From positions 416,001 through 480,000 of the forward strand of contig CAWGJT010000010.1 of NCBI GenBank assembly GCA_963822965.1: a stretch of DNA of 64,000 nucleotides, read 5' to 3'. This document shows, one piece after another, positions 50,166 to 60,643 of the stretch (position 1 is its first letter; every line of letters begins with the position of its first letter). The notes below the pieces were generated by a model. It worked only from the letters and a program-made list of their open reading frames with translations, did not search any database and was not told where the DNA came from. A program made the translations under genes and the position numbers. This stretch comes from an uncultured delta proteobacterium (lineage in GTDB: Bacteria > Myxococcota_A > UBA9160 > UBA4427).

Positions 50166-51478
50166 ATGAATCTCAGGAACGCGATGCGAGCGGGAACGCA
50201 GCCGGGCTGCTCGTCGCCCTGCTGCCCGTCGCCGCCTCGGCGATCGGGATCGAGGACGTCGTCGACGGCGGCAACGACTATGCGTGGGAGCGGGTCGAGC
50301 TTCCGGGCACGATGTGCAGCGATGGATCCCAGTACAAGTTCTGGGTCTACGACTCGCCCAGCTCGAACAACCTGCTCGTCATGTTCGAGGGCGGCGGGGC
50401 CTGCTGGGACTACGAGACCTGCAGCGGGCAGGCGGGGGTGCTGGGAGCGGCGCATCCGAACGGCATCCCGGACGACTACATCCACGACTTCGAGCCCACC
50501 TACGTCTCGCCGCTGGTGAACGGCGCCGACCCGGGGATTCCGGGGCGTCCCAAGAACCCGATCGCCACCCAGGGCTACGACGTCGCCTACCTGCCGTACT
50601 GCACGGGAGACGTGCACGTCGGCAACAGCGTCGTGACCTACACGGATCCGACGGGCCAGAACCCGCCGATCGTCTTCCGGCACGTGGGCTTCCACAACAC
50701 CCAGGAGTCCCTCGACTACCTCGCCCAGCGCTTCCCGAACGTCAACAAGCTGCTGGTCACCGGATTCAGCGCGGGCGGCGTCGCCACGGCGGCCGCCTAC
50801 TACGAGGCGCGCCGCACGATCCAGCCCGTCAAGGGATACATGCTGAACGATTCCGGCCCGATCTTTCCGGCGCCGGGACCGGGCTACGACTCCTACCCGC
50901 TCCACAGCCTGATCACGAGCCAGTGGGATCTGCAGTCGCTCTACGACGAGCTTCCCGCCACCTTCGATCCGAACGACTTCGGAAGCGCGACGGCGATGGT
51001 GGCGACGGAGTTCCCGAGCGACCAGCTGGCCTACACGGGCTACTCGAGCGACTACAACTTCTCCCGCTTCTCGTACGAGCGCTTCTATCCCGGCATCGAT
51101 CAAGCGGGTATCCTGCAGAAGTGGCGGGCCGACCAGGCGAACCTGGTGAGCGCGATGAGCAGCCATCCGAACTTCAGCTACCACATCCCGTGGCATCGCC
51201 CGATCAACGACAGCCACTGCTCCTCGATCATCACCTTCATCGGAAGCCACGCGTGCAAGAGCATCCGCAAGAAGAAGTGGTACGAGTTCTGGGAGTGGCC
51301 GTGGACGCAGACCTGGAAGTGCACGAGCGGGTGGACGCCCTTCGAGACCTTCCTGGCGAAGTGGCTCGACCAGGATCAGCAGAGCCGGATCGTCGAGAAG
51401 GAGAACAACTACAACAACGAAGACCCCGGCATGCAGATCGTCGCGCCGCTGATCAACGACGCACTGTCCGGGAATTGA
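50166..51478 (+). CDS. Secreted pectin acetylesterase (Notum-like) family alpha/beta hydrolase; frameshift near 50195 in the signal peptide
   Basis: C.DGS, FEGGGACW, YLPYCTGD.H.G, nucleophile GFSAGG, DSGP, catalytic-His region HC; signal peptide restored by one indel. Confidence 0.85.
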
Positions 51479-51483
51479 GCCGG

Positions 51484-52209
51484 ATGCGGACCTCGACGGG
51501 GAGCCCGGCGCGGGCTTCCCGCCGACGGTGGCTCACGGCGGCCGCACTGGGAGCGTGCATGCTCTGTGCGGTCGCCGTTCCCGCGTCCGGCCAGCAGCAC
51601 CGGGTGATGGGAATGGGCGAAGCTCCCGAGCCGCAGCCCTTCACGCGCGAGCAGCGGCTGCTGGAGGCGGCGCGGCAGGGCGATCAGGCCGTCGTCGAGC
51701 GGGCCCTCGAGCTGGGCGTCTCCGTCGAAGCCCGGGACGACCTCGGACGATCGGCGCTGCTGCTGGCGGTGCGAGACGCGGGGGACCCGTCCCTCGTGCG
51801 CTTCCTCCACCAGCACGGGGCCGGCGTGGACGAGCCGGATCTCGACGGCCGCACGCCCTTGAGCTTCGCGGCCAGCGCCGGGCGGCTGGATCTCGTCGAG
51901 TATCTCGTGGCCGAGGGGGCACGGCTCGATCTGCCGGACAAGCGCGGGCGGACGCCGCTCTTCCATGCCGTGCTCGGCGACGAGGAGGCGGTTGCGAAGT
52001 GGCTGCTCGAGCACGGGGCCGCCGTGGAAGTGCGCGATCGCTTCCAGGACACGCCGCTGCTGGTGGCTTGCGCGAAGGGCTACGGGAAGCTGGCGCTCCT
52101 GCTTCGCGAGCACGGCGCCGACCCCGGCGTCCGCGATCAGGAGGGGAGGTCGTTGTCCGAGCGGAGCGCCACGGGGGTCGAGGCCTGTCTTCCGCCGGAG
52201 CCCACATAG
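51484..52209 (+). CDS. Secreted ankyrin-repeat protein
   Basis: Signal peptide (RRRW..., Tat-like); 4-5 G.TPL..A...G repeats. Confidence 0.88.
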   Translation: MRTSTGSPARASRRRWLTAAALGACMLCAVAVPASGQQHRVMGMGEAPEPQPFTREQRLLEAARQGDQAVVERALELGVSVEARDDLGRSALLLAVRDAGDPSLVRFLHQHGAGVDEPDLDGRTPLSFAASAGRLDLVEYLVAEGARLDLPDKRGRTPLFHAVLGDEEAVAKWLLEHGAAVEVRDRFQDTPLLVACAKGYGKLALLLREHGADPGVRDQEGRSLSERSATGVEACLPPEPT

Positions 52210-52267
52210 GAGCGCGACCGGAGACGAGCTCCGGGGTCGCGGACCGTCGCAAGGGGAGGCGAACGGG

Positions 52268-53833
52268 CTGCCTCGGCTGGCCCGCCGCGCCGGCTCCTCC
52301 CGCACCGCGGCGCTGGCGGCGGCGGCCGGCGGCGGCGCCCTCTACTTCCTGGGCTTCCTCGGCTTCGGCCTGTGGCCCCTGCTGGCGGTGTTCCTGGTGC
52401 CCCTGTGGTGGGCGCTCGAGCGCCTGCGCGCCCACGGGCCGGGCTGGACCGCCCTGGCGGGCCTCGTCTTCGGGCTCGTCGCGCACGCGGGCGGGCACCT
52501 CTGGATGTGGCGCCTGGTCGACGTCTTCCTGGGCGGCGACGCGGCGCTGGGCCTCGTCCTCTTCGGCGTGCACGCGCTCTGGTTCGCCGGCGGCTTCGCC
52601 GCCTACGCGGCGGTCTTCGCTGCGCTTCGGGGGCGAGGCGTGGCGGTCGCGGTGGCGGGGACGGCGCCGCTGCTCGTGTTGGAGTGGCTGCAGCCGCAGC
52701 TCTTCCCGGTGCACGCGGGCAGCGGTCTCGCGGGCGTCACGCCGCTGGTGCAGATCGCCGACCTGGGCGGACCGCTGCTCCTGTCGGCGCTCGTCGCTCT
52801 GGTCGACGCCTGGGTGTTCGAAGGCCTGCGCTGGCTCGTCGGGCAACGTTCGCGGCCCGTCGCGCTCGGGTGCGTCGCCGTCGCGGCCGTCGCGGCGACG
52901 CTCGCCTACGGCTTCCTGCGCGTGCGCGTCGTCGACGCGCGGGCCGCGGCGGCACCGCACCTCACGGTGGGCGTCGTCCAGGCGAATCTCGGTGTGCTCG
53001 AGAAGCGGACCCTGGCGCGCGAAGGACACGAGCTGCACGTCGCCCTCACGCACGAGCTACTGCAGGAGGGGCCGCTCGACCTGGTCGTGTGGCCCGAGAC
53101 CGCGCAGCTCCGAGCCATCCGCGGCCCGTTGCCCGTCTCGGGGCGCTTCGTCCGCGGGGGCCTCGACGTGCCGCTCCTGTTCGGCGGCACCCTGGTCCAC
53201 GACGAGGCCGGCAGGCGCAGGAAGGCCAACTCGGCCTTCCTGGTGGGTCGCGACGACATGATCCGCGCGGCGTACGAGAAGAACCTGCTGATTCCCCTCG
53301 CCGAGTCGGTGCCCTTCGGCGCTGCGCTTCCCGCACTGGCCGAGCGTCTCCCGCACGCCCAGGACTTCGCGGCGGCGGACGAGACCCCGCCCCTCGCCCT
53401 GGGCGCGTGGCGCCTGTCGACGCCCATCTGTTACGAAATCGTGCGGCCCGCCTTCGTTCGCCGCATGGTGGCAGACGCGAACCCGCACCTGCTCGTCACG
53501 CTCGCGAACGACGCCTGGTTCGGGGACTCCCAGGAGCCGTGGATGCACCTGCAGCTGGCGCGCCTGCGCGCCGTGGAGCACCGGCGCTACCTGGTCCGCG
53601 CGACCAACAGCGGGTTCAGCGCCATCGTCGATCCCGCCGGCCGCATCGTGTCGCGCACGCGGCTGCTCGCACGCGAGACCCTGCGCGGCACGGTGGCGAT
53701 GCTCGCGGGGGAGACCGTGTACGGCCGCGTCGGCGACTGGCCGGGCTGGCTCGCGGCCGGCGTGCTCGTGGCTTCGTTCGCGCGCCGTCGCCGCCCGGCC
53801 GGCGCGCGCCCCGCGCGGTCGACGTTATGTTAG
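52268..53833 (+). CDS. lnt: Apolipoprotein N-acyltransferase
   Basis: Multi-TM, VQAN, catalytic E (VVWPE), K (YEKNLLIP..E), C (ICYE), NDAWFG, RA.E, RATNSG; start uncertain (CTG after GGGGAGG). Confidence 0.9.
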   Translation: MPRLARRAGSSRTAALAAAAGGGALYFLGFLGFGLWPLLAVFLVPLWWALERLRAHGPGWTALAGLVFGLVAHAGGHLWMWRLVDVFLGGDAALGLVLFGVHALWFAGGFAAYAAVFAALRGRGVAVAVAGTAPLLVLEWLQPQLFPVHAGSGLAGVTPLVQIADLGGPLLLSALVALVDAWVFEGLRWLVGQRSRPVALGCVAVAAVAATLAYGFLRVRVVDARAAAAPHLTVGVVQANLGVLEKRTLAREGHELHVALTHELLQEGPLDLVVWPETAQLRAIRGPLPVSGRFVRGGLDVPLLFGGTLVHDEAGRRRKANSAFLVGRDDMIRAAYEKNLLIPLAESVPFGAALPALAERLPHAQDFAAADETPPLALGAWRLSTPICYEIVRPAFVRRMVADANPHLLVTLANDAWFGDSQEPWMHLQLARLRAVEHRRYLVRATNSGFSAIVDPAGRIVSRTRLLARETLRGTVAMLAGETVYGRVGDWPGWLAAGVLVASFARRRRPAGARPARSTLC

Positions 53834-53862
53834 ACTGCTTCCCCAGGGGAGAAGGCGAATCC

Positions 53863-54489
53863 ATGCGCGAGACGGAGCCCGAGGAACCGGAGAAGGCACG
53901 GCGCCCGCGCGGGCGCCCGGCGATTCCGAAGGACGTCCAGCGACGGCGCCTGATCGAGGCGGCCACGCGCGCCTTCGAGAAGAACGAGTACGAGAAGACG
54001 CGCATCGCCGACATCGTGGCCGAGGCCGGCATGTCCTCGCGCTCGTTCTACGAGTTCTTCGACTCGAAGGAGGACCTCGTCGCCTCGATCGTGCAGCTCG
54101 CCGGTCAGGTACTGCTCGACCGGCTGCGGCAGGTCTTCGAGGACACGACGGATCCCATCGAACGAATCGATCGGGGCCTGCACGCCTTCCTCGACCTGTT
54201 CTCCCAGGTCCCCGTGGACATCGAGTCGCTCGGCGGAAGCGCCGGACGCCAGGTGCGGGCGATGCGCCGCGACTACGTGCTCGAGATCACCGACATGGTG
54301 CTCGACGCTCTCGAGGCCCTGCACCGCCAGGGCGGCATCTCCAAGCCGCCCGACCGCGCACTCATCGAGCTGGTGCTGACGGGCGTCGAGGGGATGACGT
54401 TCCGCTACTACAGCGAGGGCCGGCGCGACTCGCTGCGGGCCCTGCACCCCACGGTGATGGAGCTGCTCGTCCGCGCGTTCCTGGTCTAG
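53863..54489 (+). CDS. TetR/AcrR family regulator
   Basis: RGRP, T.IADIV.EAGMS.RSFYEFF.SKE; TGnTAGACT extended -10 upstream. Confidence 0.92.
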   Translation: MRETEPEEPEKARRPRGRPAIPKDVQRRRLIEAATRAFEKNEYEKTRIADIVAEAGMSSRSFYEFFDSKEDLVASIVQLAGQVLLDRLRQVFEDTTDPIERIDRGLHAFLDLFSQVPVDIESLGGSAGRQVRAMRRDYVLEITDMVLDALEALHRQGGISKPPDRALIELVLTGVEGMTFRYYSEGRRDSLRALHPTVMELLVRAFLV

Positions 54490-54758
54490 CGGGGCGCGGG
54501 CCGCAGGCCGTCCCCGAGCCCGGTGAACAGCCAGGTCGTGTAGATGGGAACACACCCCGGGAAGCGTGTAAGTATCTGTTTCTCAAGGCTTGAAAGAATT
54601 TTGAACACCAAAGTTTATTTTTCTCTTCCCGTTCTTCGGCGGTGAGCGTATAACGGTCTCGAAACTCCGGATCCTGCTCGTCAACCGACTTGGAATCACC
54701 CGACGGTCGGAGACCCCAGGAGGGGTACGCCGGCCTCGGCACGGGGAGACTCAGAACG

Positions 54759-55469
54759 ATGCGCTTGCTCACCAACAAGTTCCTGCTGCTCGGCACGCTC
54801 GTCGCGTTCGCGCTCAACGGAGTCGCGTGCGGCAAGATCGAGGTGCCGATGACGCTCGCGGTCCAGAACCCCGGCAGCTCGATCGATCTCACCCTCGAGC
54901 CCGCCGGCCTTCCGCTGGGGACGTCCTACTTCCAGGGCGGCCTCACCACGCTCATGACCATGGACATCGGTCTGATCGAGCTTCTCTTCCACCTGCCGTT
55001 CTCCGGCGTCATCGAGATCACCGACCTGCTCTTCGGTAGCTCGTCGATCAACATCCTCGGGACGCCCACGGGCACGCTCTGCACCATCGTCGACGAGAGC
55101 AACCCCGGCGGTGGAACCGCGCTCGTCGACATCTTCCACGAGCAGATCGACTTCAACATGGACGTGGGGACCGTCATCCTGCCGACGAACCCCGACCTCC
55201 TCGCGCTGCTGCCCGACGGCTTCCAGTTCGCGTTCACCTTCGCGAACAGTGCCGACCTCAGTCTGGCGGACCTGCTCGGCCTGGCATTCGGGAATGCCGA
55301 AGGCGGGCTCACCGTCGAGCAGGACTTCTCGGACGTGATCGACGTCGTGGTGCTGGGCCAGCCGCTGCAGATCGGCGTCACCGGCCAGCTGCTGCTGGCG
55401 ACCGCGAACGAGATTCCGAGCGGACTCCTGCTGGTGGATCGCTGCGTCGACTTCCTGGCGGGCCTGTAG
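54759..55469 (+). CDS. Hypothetical beta-rich lipoprotein
   Basis: Lipobox VAC, RBS GGGGAG, AT-rich promoter region upstream, hairpin downstream. Confidence 0.7.
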   Translation: MRLLTNKFLLLGTLVAFALNGVACGKIEVPMTLAVQNPGSSIDLTLEPAGLPLGTSYFQGGLTTLMTMDIGLIELLFHLPFSGVIEITDLLFGSSSINILGTPTGTLCTIVDESNPGGGTALVDIFHEQIDFNMDVGTVILPTNPDLLALLPDGFQFAFTFANSADLSLADLLGLAFGNAEGGLTVEQDFSDVIDVVVLGQPLQIGVTGQLLLATANEIPSGLLLVDRCVDFLAGL

Positions 55470-55476
55470 GGCCTCG

Positions 55477-55517
55477 GCCGCCCGGGCGGTTGGCTCTCCG
55501 ACCGCCCGGGCGGTTTC
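55477..55517 (+). terminator. Hairpin terminator
   Basis: gccgcccgggcggttgg / ccgaccgcccgggcggt followed by tt. Confidence 0.7.
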
Positions 55518-55569
55518 GCTGTCGTCGTTGCTCGCGCTATCCAGCAGCTGCAGAACGGATCGAGACCCC

Positions 55570-58399
55570 ATGACAATCGAATCGGGCCCGCTCTCCGAGA
55601 ACGACCCTCGGCGAGCGGGCCCGAGCCTTTTCCGAACGGCGCTTTCGCGGAGTTCCTGGCGACGGTCGGCGGCGGGCGGCCTGGTGGCCGGCGCCGCGTC
55701 CGGCCAGACGCTGCCCTCCTTCACCGGCGTGGGGGATCTGCCGGGCGGCACCGCCGAGAGCTCGCGCGGCGGTGTCGGCCGACGGGACGACGGTGGTGGG
55801 CTACAGCCATCGGAACGACGGGCATGGAGGCGTTCCGCTGGACGGCGACCGTCGGCCTGCAAGGGATCGGCTTCCTCTCCATGTCGAATCCCGACAGCGA
55901 GGCGGCGGCGGTCTCGGCGGACGGCTCGGTCATCGCGGGCACCAGCAAGAATGCGGACGGAGACCGCGGCTTCCGTTGGACGTCGGGTGGGGGCATGCTG
56001 GCGCTCGGCACGTTCGGGTGCTCGAGCTGCGATCCCTCGACCGGGGCGAACGGCATCTCCGGCAACGGGCTGGTGGCCGTGGTCGGTGCCGGGCTGTCGA
56101 AGAGCCTGTTCGGCGATCCCGACCCTCGACTCGGCGCGTTGGACCGGCGGCGGAACCTCGATCAGCGGCCTGGGCGACCTGAGCGGGCCGGCCACGTTCT
56201 CGGTCGCGTCCGGCGCCTCCCAGACCGGCAGCATCATCGTGGGTCAGGGAGACAGCAGCGCCGGCAACCAGGGCTGGTGGTGGGAACGGGTCGAATGCAC
56301 GCGCTGTCCGGGGTGGCGGGCGCCCAGATCCGCAGCGGGGCCATGGCGATCTCGTCGGACGCCGGAACCGTCGTGGGCTTCGCGAACACCTCCGCGACGG
56401 GCACCGGAACCCTCGAGGCGGTGCGCTGGACGGGGGCGAGCTTCGGCACGGTCGAGGTGCTGGGCAGGTCTTCTCCGGGGCCTCGTCGCCCTCCAGCAAC
56501 GCGCTGGCCGTGAACGGCGACGGCTCGCGCATCGTCGGGCGAGCGCGCGACAGCGAGGGCTCCAACCGCGCCTTCGTGTGGGACGCGGTGAACGGCATGC
56601 GCGACCTCAGCCGCCGTGCTCGAGAGCGAGTACGGGCTCGACCTGACCGGCTGGAGCCTGCTGGAGGCGGACGGCGTATCCGACGTCGACGGCAGCGGGG
56701 TCTTCACGATCGTCGGGGAGGGCACGAATCCGAACGGCGATCCCGAGGGATGGGTGGCGGTCCTCGCCAGGTCCCGCCTGCAGCGACGGGGAGGACAACG
56801 ACCTCGATCTCGACGTCGACTTCCCCGCCGACTCCGGCTGCACGAGCGCCGTCGATCTTTCGGAGACGTTCGACTGCGCGGACGGCATCGACAACGACGG
56901 CGACGGGGACGTCGACTGGCCTGCGGACAGCCGATTGCACCTCGGCCCGCGACCCGACCGAGCTGCCCGACTGCTCCGACGCGAATCGACAACGACGGCG
57001 ACGGCTTGATCGATCATCCCGCCGACCCGGGCTGCGCGACGCCGGACCAGTCATCGAGGACCCCGCCTGTGACGACGGGATCGACAACGACCTCGACCTG
57101 GACGACGGACTTTCCCGCCGACGACGGCTGCGTGGCGGCCTTCGATCTCTCCGAGGTGCCCGACTGCGACGACGGGCATCGACAACGACGGCGACGGCGA
57201 CATCGACTTCCCTGCGGACGCCGACTGCGTGAGACCTGGACGACCCCTCCGAGCAGGCCGAGTGCAGCGACGGGGTCGACAACGACGGCGACGGGCGGAT
57301 CGACTACCCCGCCGCCTACCCGCAGTGCCAGAGCGGCCGACGATCCGATCGAGGCGCCGCAGTGCGGCGACGGCGTCGACAACGACGGCGATCGTGCTCA
57401 CGGACTTCCCGGCGGATCCCGGGCTGTGCGAGCGCCGCCGCGGCGAGTGAATCGCCTCCGGCCTTCAGTGCCGGGCGACCTGCTGGTGGTCGATCGCAGC
57501 GCCCATCGCGTGTTCTCGGTGGATCCCGGCACCGGCGTGCAGCGCTCGTCACCGAGCTCGCGTACCTGAGCGAGCCCCAGGGCATCGCGACGAACGCGCG
57601 GGCAGCGCCGGTGGTCGCCGACCCCGCCGGTCTCGTCGAGGTCGACCCGCCACCGGCGCCCAGCGACTGGCGAGCGGGCCGCTCGTCGGCCGGCGAGTCG
57701 CTGCAGGTCGTGTTCCCGGGCTCGGGCGATCCCTTCGTGCTCGAGGCGGCGGGGATCAGCCAGGTGCAGTGGAATCCTTCGGGTCTCGGGGACGAAGACC
57801 CTGTGGCTGGCGGTGCCGACCGCCGAGGCGCTGCCGGTGCTCGGTCTGCTCTCCGGGGACAGCCTGGCGCTCGAGGCGAGCGGCGACCTGTTGACCGGCG
57901 GCTTCAGCCTCTTCGGCGACGGCGTCTTCCGCATCGACGCGACGAACGCGGCGCCCGAGCCTGCTGAAGAGCGGCTTCACGAACGACGTGTGGCGCGACC
58001 TGGCGGTCGAGGACGACGCTACGATCCTCGGCGTGAGCACGAACGCGTCCGCAGGAGCCGGCCTGTATCGCATCGATCCGACGACCGGCGTCGCGACCGC
58101 CTTGGCGACCGGGGCGCCCTTCAGCACGCCCGTGGCGGTCGCGCGCGACGCCGCGGGCGAGATCTACGTGGCAGACGCCGGGACGTGCTCGCCCGGCTGC
58201 ACGGGAGGCGCCATCATCCACGTGGATCCGTCGAGCGGAGTCCCGAACGTGCTCAGCACGGGCGGCTCATCGAGGGCGAGATGGATCTGGCGGTGGCCGA
58301 GCCCGTCCCCGAGCCCGGGGTGCTCCCTGCGCTGGCCGCCGGCCTCGGCCTTCTCGCGCGGCTTCGACGGGCTCGCGTCGCGGGGCGCGGCGCGCGTGA
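55570..58399 (+). CDS. Large surface protein: HAF repeats + Cys/Asp repeats + beta-propeller + PEP-CTERM; heavily frameshifted (possible pseudogene)
   Basis: GVGDLPGG, SADG..VVG, EAFRW, AFVWD..NGMRDL; C.DG.DNDGDG..D.P.DPGC units; C-terminal VPEPG-TM-RR; more than 10 frame changes needed. Confidence 0.7.
56775..57430 (+). repeat. Seven coding repeats of about 97 bp (C-x-DG-x-DNDGDG-xx-D-F-P-x-D-x-x-C)
   Basis: gacaacgac cores at 56794, 56890, 56988, 57083, 57181, 57278 and 57378. Confidence 0.85.
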
Positions 58400-58917
58400 G
58401 CGGCCCCGACGAGGGCTCCTCGCGCGGCGTCCGCTGCCGTCCCTGGCGCGCGGCGCGCTGTGGCTCCTGGCCTCGAGCCTGCTGCTCGTCGTGGGCGCGG
58501 CGCTGGCGATCTTCGGCCTCTACGAGCTCTGCTGCGAGCCACGAACGCCATCAAGGCGAGAACGTGCGCTCCGTCCAGGTGATGATCGCGTTACTACTTC
58601 CGCATCGTGTGCTTCCAGGGCCTGCTGCCGGCCCTGCTGGTGACGCTCGCGCTGTGGCCGGCGCTGGCCCGGCTGGCGCCGCTCTTCTGCCGCGAGCCGC
58701 GCGCGGCTGTTCCTGGGGCTCGCGTTGGCGGCCGCCGTCGCCTACGCGTTCGTCGGGCCGCTCCTGCTGAGCGCGCAACTGGACGGGCCTGCCCGCCCTC
58801 GCCATGCGGAACGCACTCGACCAGGTGGGGACGGCGGTGCTCGTGGTGGCTGCCGTCGCCGCGGCCGCCTGGCTCCCCCGCGTGCTCCTGCCGCCCCTGC
58901 GGACCTCCGGGCCGTAG
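58396..58917 (+). CDS. Hypothetical membrane protein with about 4 TMs (frameshifted)
   Basis: Hydrophobic segments stitched across frames; stop TAG at 58915-58917. Confidence 0.4.
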
Positions 58918-59092
58918 GCCCGGCTTCGCCGGGCGGGCCGACTCCAGCGAAGCCGACTCGCCTCGTCCGTCCCGTCCAACGGGGCCGTCCCTCGACGCCG
59001 CCTGCCCGGGGCGCGATCATGGCGACGGTCGCGAAGGTGGATCCAGCGCACGCGGGACCCGGCTCGGGCACGGGACGGCCCCGGGAGGCTGC

Positions 59093-59974
59093 TTGAAGAC
59101 TGCGTTCATCCTGGCCGGTGGGGGCAGCCTCGGTGCCAACCAGGTGGGCATGCTGGCGGCCCTCGTCGACTACGGCGTTCGTCCCGACCTCGTGATCGGT
59201 GCCTCGGTGGGGGCGATCAACGCCGCGCGCTTCGCCCAGGAGCCGAGCCGGAAGGGAGTGGATGCCCTGACCGGGATCTGGTCTGGCGTGAAGCGCCGCG
59301 ACGTGTTCCGGATGACTCCCGTCGCCAGCCTGCTTCGGCTCGCCCGCATCGGCTTCGGTCACGACGGCCTGCTCGATCCTTCCGCCCTCGAGGGGCTGCT
59401 GCGAAGGCACCTCTCGCTGGAACGTCTCGAGGACGCCTCGGTGGCCTGCGTGGTGGTCGCCACCGACCTGCGATCGGGGGAGCTCGTGGTGCTGGACCGC
59501 GGGCCGGTGATTCCGGCGGTCCTCGCCAGCGCGGCGATCCCGGGCGTCTTCCCGCCCGTGGAGATCGAAGGGCGCAGGCTCGTCGACGGCGGCGTGGCCG
59601 CCAACACCCCGCTGTCCGTGGCCCACGCCCTCGGCGCCGACCGGGTGGTGGTGCTGCCGACGGGCAATGCGTGCGCGCCCGCGGAGTCGCCGCGGGGACC
59701 GCTCGCCGTCACCCTGCAGGCGCTGAACCACCTGATCAACGCGCAGCTGGTCCAGGACGTGGAGCGGATGCGCCACCAGGTCTGCCTGTCCGTCGTGCCC
59801 CCCGTGTGTCACATCGCCGTGTCGGTTCACGACTTCTCGCGCACCCGGCAGATGATCGACGATGCGGCCGCCTCGACGCTGGCCTGGCTCGAGGGAGGCG
59901 GCGTCGACCGCTGTGAGATCCCGGAGGGCCTCGTGGTGCGACCGGGCGCGCGCACGCCCCTCACGGCCGCGTAG
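59093..59974 (+). CDS. Patatin-like phospholipase
   Basis: GGGSLG, GASVG, ASAAIPGVFPP, DGG; TTG start after GGAGG. Confidence 0.92.
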   Translation: MKTAFILAGGGSLGANQVGMLAALVDYGVRPDLVIGASVGAINAARFAQEPSRKGVDALTGIWSGVKRRDVFRMTPVASLLRLARIGFGHDGLLDPSALEGLLRRHLSLERLEDASVACVVVATDLRSGELVVLDRGPVIPAVLASAAIPGVFPPVEIEGRRLVDGGVAANTPLSVAHALGADRVVVLPTGNACAPAESPRGPLAVTLQALNHLINAQLVQDVERMRHQVCLSVVPPVCHIAVSVHDFSRTRQMIDDAAASTLAWLEGGGVDRCEIPEGLVVRPGARTPLTAA

Positions 59975-60560
59975 AGCGGCCGAAGTCCGCGACCTTCGCC
60001 TTCTGCGGCGCGAGCGGTACGAGGGGGCCGAGCTCGTCCGGATGGAACAGGACCGGCTGGCCCAGCTCCTGGCCGAGACGCAGCGGGTGGTTCGCGGGCA
60101 GCGTACGCCGGAAGATCTCGAGCGCCCGCTGCTCCACCACCGCGGCGCGTCGGGCGTCGCCGTCGTCGAGCAGGGCGTCGCCCTCGACCGAGAGCGCGAT
60201 GCCCACGGCCGGGTGCTCGGGGCCGAGGAGCGACTCGTACTCGGCCGCGGCGCGCCCGAGCAGCTCCGCGGCGTGGCCGCGCTCGGCGATGGGCGGGTAC
60301 TGGACGTAGAGGTTGCCCAGCTCGAAGAAGGCCGCCGCCCGTTCGAGGCTCGGACCGGGCGAGGCCTCGGCCTGTACGACCGCGGCCTCCAGGACGGTCT
60401 GCGCTTCTTCGTAGCGCGCCTCGTCGGTGAGCGCGCGACCGCGCTGGACGAGGCTCGGCGTGGGCGACGCGCACGCCACCAGGGCCAGCCCGCACAGGCC
60501 GGCCAGGAGGATTCGACCATGCGCACCCGGGCGCCGTCCCTCGCTCCATGCGGGCAGCAT
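59961..60560 (-). CDS. TPR-repeat lipoprotein
   Basis: LVAC lipobox, LGPEHP and LPANHP TPR signatures; start uncertain. Confidence 0.7.
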   Translation of the reverse strand: MLPAWSEGRRPGAHGRILLAGLCGLALVACASPTPSLVQRGRALTDEARYEEAQTVLEAAVVQAEASPGPSLERAAAFFELGNLYVQYPPIAERGHAAELLGRAAAEYESLLGPEHPAVGIALSVEGDALLDDGDARRAAVVEQRALEIFRRTLPANHPLRLGQELGQPVLFHPDELGPLVPLAPQKAKVADFGRSTRP

Positions 60561-60643
60561 GAACGGCTGCGAACCCGATGTCAACGATCGCCGGCCCGCG
60601 CGACGGCAGCGGGGGCCGCGTTACCATGCGCCCGGGAGGTTCG

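Noticed and set aside
56775..57430. Regularly spaced repeats resembling a CRISPR array
   Set aside because: Degenerate protein-coding repeats with a period of about 97 bp, similar inter-core sequence and no cas genes.
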